Below, one piece after another: positions 62,060 to 64,000 of a stretch of 64,000 nucleotides of DNA. The DNA is taken from positions 64,001 to 128,000 of the forward strand of contig CAVQFQ010000012.1 of NCBI GenBank assembly GCA_963711835.1. The letters are read 5' to 3'. The notes under the pieces were generated by a model. The model saw only the letters and a program-made list of their open reading frames with translations. It made no database searches and was not told the DNA's origin. The position numbers were made by a program, and so were the translations under genes. The stretch's first letter is position 1. Each line of letters opens with the position of its first letter. The stretch is from an uncultured delta proteobacterium (GTDB taxonomy: Bacteria > Desulfobacterota > RBG-13-43-22).

Positions 62060-62490
62060 CGATGATAAAATTGCCCGGTTGGCGCCTCCCATCGGCCCCT
62101 TACGACTTGGGTGCTTGGAGCTGTCTGGCCGGGGATTTCTTAAGGTCTTGCGACTGGTCCAACTCCGGATTGATACCGGCGGGCGGCCTCAAAAACGTTC
62201 CCGGTGCTGAGGGCGTTGACCTGAAGGGCCTGGTAGGGATTGGCCTCTCCTTCGGCCGTCAAGGTATAGGCCACATGAACAATCCGTTCAATTCCAGGTT
62301 CCCGGACCGCTCTCAAGACATCGGAAAAAATCCGTATGTCCCCTTTAGATAAATGAAGTCGACCGCCGGTTTCCTGAAGGTCAAAGGAAGGGGGTCGGGA
62401 CATGATCGCCACCGAATGGTTTTCCGCCAGAAACCTACTCAGCAGTCTACCCGATGAAACCGCTTCCTCCTATAACCAGTACTTGCCTAA
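62060..62490 (-). pseudogene. NAD-dependent epimerase/dehydratase remnant
   Basis: VLVIGGSGFIG then stops and frameshift; GDI...IERIVH.A...NP..A.QVN...T.NVFEAAR. Confidence 0.65.
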
Positions 62491-62813
62491 TCGTTCCCCT
62501 ATTTCCGCCGGTGTATGTTGATTTTTTTAAAAAAAAGGGAGGGGAAAATTTAACTACTATCAAAAATTTATAACAATTCTAATATAATATAATTTTGAAA
62601 TTTTTTATCAATAAACTGAATTTTTGTCAATAATTTATTTTTAGAGCAATTTAAAAATAATGAACAATTAAAAGGACGATGATCAACAAAATATTTAACT
62701 TTTTGAAAAATAATAATTTTTTTAATATAATATTCTTTTGATTGACTTTTTTTACCGAGACGTTTTATTAAAAGTTAACCAAATATTTAAATTTTCTTAA
62801 GGACTCGCCATTT

Positions 62814-63356
62814 TTGGAATCTATCGGGAAGAAGATCAGAACACTGCGGAAAAACCGGGGACTGACCCTTAAAAAGGTCGCGGAGGTGGTAGGATGTACC
62901 CCTTCCTACCTTTCTATGGTGGAAAACGATAAATTGGACCCGTCCACCTCGAGACTCAAACAGATTGCCGACGCTTTAGGTTCCACGGTGGTGCAGCTCT
63001 TCCCCGATCAAGGTCAGGACGATATAATCCTCCGGTACAAGGATCGACAAAAGGTGAGCGTTTCCGGTTCGAAATTATTGTTCGAGATATTGATCCATCA
63101 AGATCCGGATAAAAAAATGGATGCCCGTCTGGCGACCATTTATCCGGGAGGCGGCTCGGGCGGGAGTTACACGCACAACGGGGAAGAATTCGGTTTTATA
63201 CTCAAAGGGACACTGGAACTGACCGTGGAAAACAAAACCTATATCCTGCAAAAAGGGGATGCCTTTTATTTCCATTCCACCAAGAGCCACCAGTTTCACA
63301 ACCACGGGGACGAAGAGGTCGAGGTTCTCTGGGTAAATCATCCGCCATCCTGGTAG
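62814..63356 (+). CDS. XRE HTH + cupin transcriptional regulator
   Basis: IGKKIRTLRK.RGLTL...PSYLSMVEN; H.GEEF.FIL.G...GDA.YF.S...H. Confidence 0.93.
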   Translation: MESIGKKIRTLRKNRGLTLKKVAEVVGCTPSYLSMVENDKLDPSTSRLKQIADALGSTVVQLFPDQGQDDIILRYKDRQKVSVSGSKLLFEILIHQDPDKKMDARLATIYPGGGSGGSYTHNGEEFGFILKGTLELTVENKTYILQKGDAFYFHSTKSHQFHNHGDEEVEVLWVNHPPSW

Positions 63357-63494
63357 GCGGCCGGAAACCTTTCGGATGCCTCTCAAGAGGAATATTGGAA
63401 CCCGGCAACGAAGTCACGGGAGGGATGGGGAAAATCCCCTGGAGCCGTCCCCTCACCGGCCTTGAGCGGAACATTTTTCAAAAGGAGAAGGATT

Positions 63495-64000
63495 ATGCTG
63501 GATCTCTTTGACTTAACCGGAAAGGTGGCCCTGGTCACCGGGGCCTCCAAGGGGCTGGGAAAGGCCTTGGCCAGAGGATTGGCCAAAGCCGGGGCTGATC
63601 TGGCCCTGTGTGCCAGAAACCTGGATGAACTGCAGCAGACCAAAAATGAAATTGAGCAACTGGGAGTCCGGGCAGAAATATTTCAAATGGATGTCCTAAA
63701 TAAAGGAAGCATTCAGAAAGCAGTCCTCTCTGCCCTGGGAACTTTTAAGCAAATCGATATTCTGGTCAACAACGCCGGGATCAATGTCCGTAAACCGGTT
63801 TTGGAAATCCAGGAAGCGGAATGGGATCAGGTGCTCAATACCAACCTCAAGGGCTATTTTCTGGTCGCCCAGGCGGTAGTTCCGAATATGATCGAACGCC
63901 AAAAAGGGAAAGTCATTAATATGGCTTCCATCTTGGGGGCCGTGGGGCTTGAAAATCAATCCCCCTATGCCTCCAGCAAGGGCGGGGTGATCCAGTTGAC
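63495..64000 (+). CDS. Short-chain dehydrogenase/reductase (runs off window end)
   Basis: AAGGAG SD, TGASKGLG, LVNNAG, NMAS, YASSKGG. Confidence 0.92.
   Translation, partial: MLDLFDLTGKVALVTGASKGLGKALARGLAKAGADLALCARNLDELQQTKNEIEQLGVRAEIFQMDVLNKGSIQKAVLSALGTFKQIDILVNNAGINVRKPVLEIQEAEWDQVLNTNLKGYFLVAQAVVPNMIERQKGKVINMASILGAVGLENQSPYASSKGGVIQL

Overview
GC-rich bacterial window, probably from an anaerobic Desulfobacterota/deltaproteobacterium (inference from gene content). Single-base frameshifts in otherwise intact genes suggest long-read consensus errors. Most of it encodes acyl-CoA catabolism: a ~22 kb minus-strand operon (Liv ABC transporter, acyl-CoA dehydrogenases, flavin oxidoreductase, two carboxyltransferases, BKACE, BCCP, biotin carboxylase, CoA ligase, oxidoreductases, crotonase), a second Liv ABC/CoA ligase/lvaAB-like cluster, CoA transferases, queC/queE and rlpA. 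Two accessory regions stand out. The first (4.2-11.1 kb) has an inverted-repeat-bracketed four-helix-bundle gene, an R-M remnant, an Mrr-like nuclease/SF2 helicase ending in eight ~71-aa tandem repeats with hypervariable positions, and a toxin-antitoxin (TA) pile-up. The second (18.8-31.4 kb) has TA remnants, a diguanylate cyclase, low-GC genes and two GT-C/discoidin proteins. Other highlights are an OsmC-like selenoprotein missed by the ORF track, two carboxyltransferases with complementary degenerate domains, and about 15 intergenic inverted-repeat elements of several families inserted inside operons. No rRNA, tRNA, CRISPR array or reverse transcriptase was seen.
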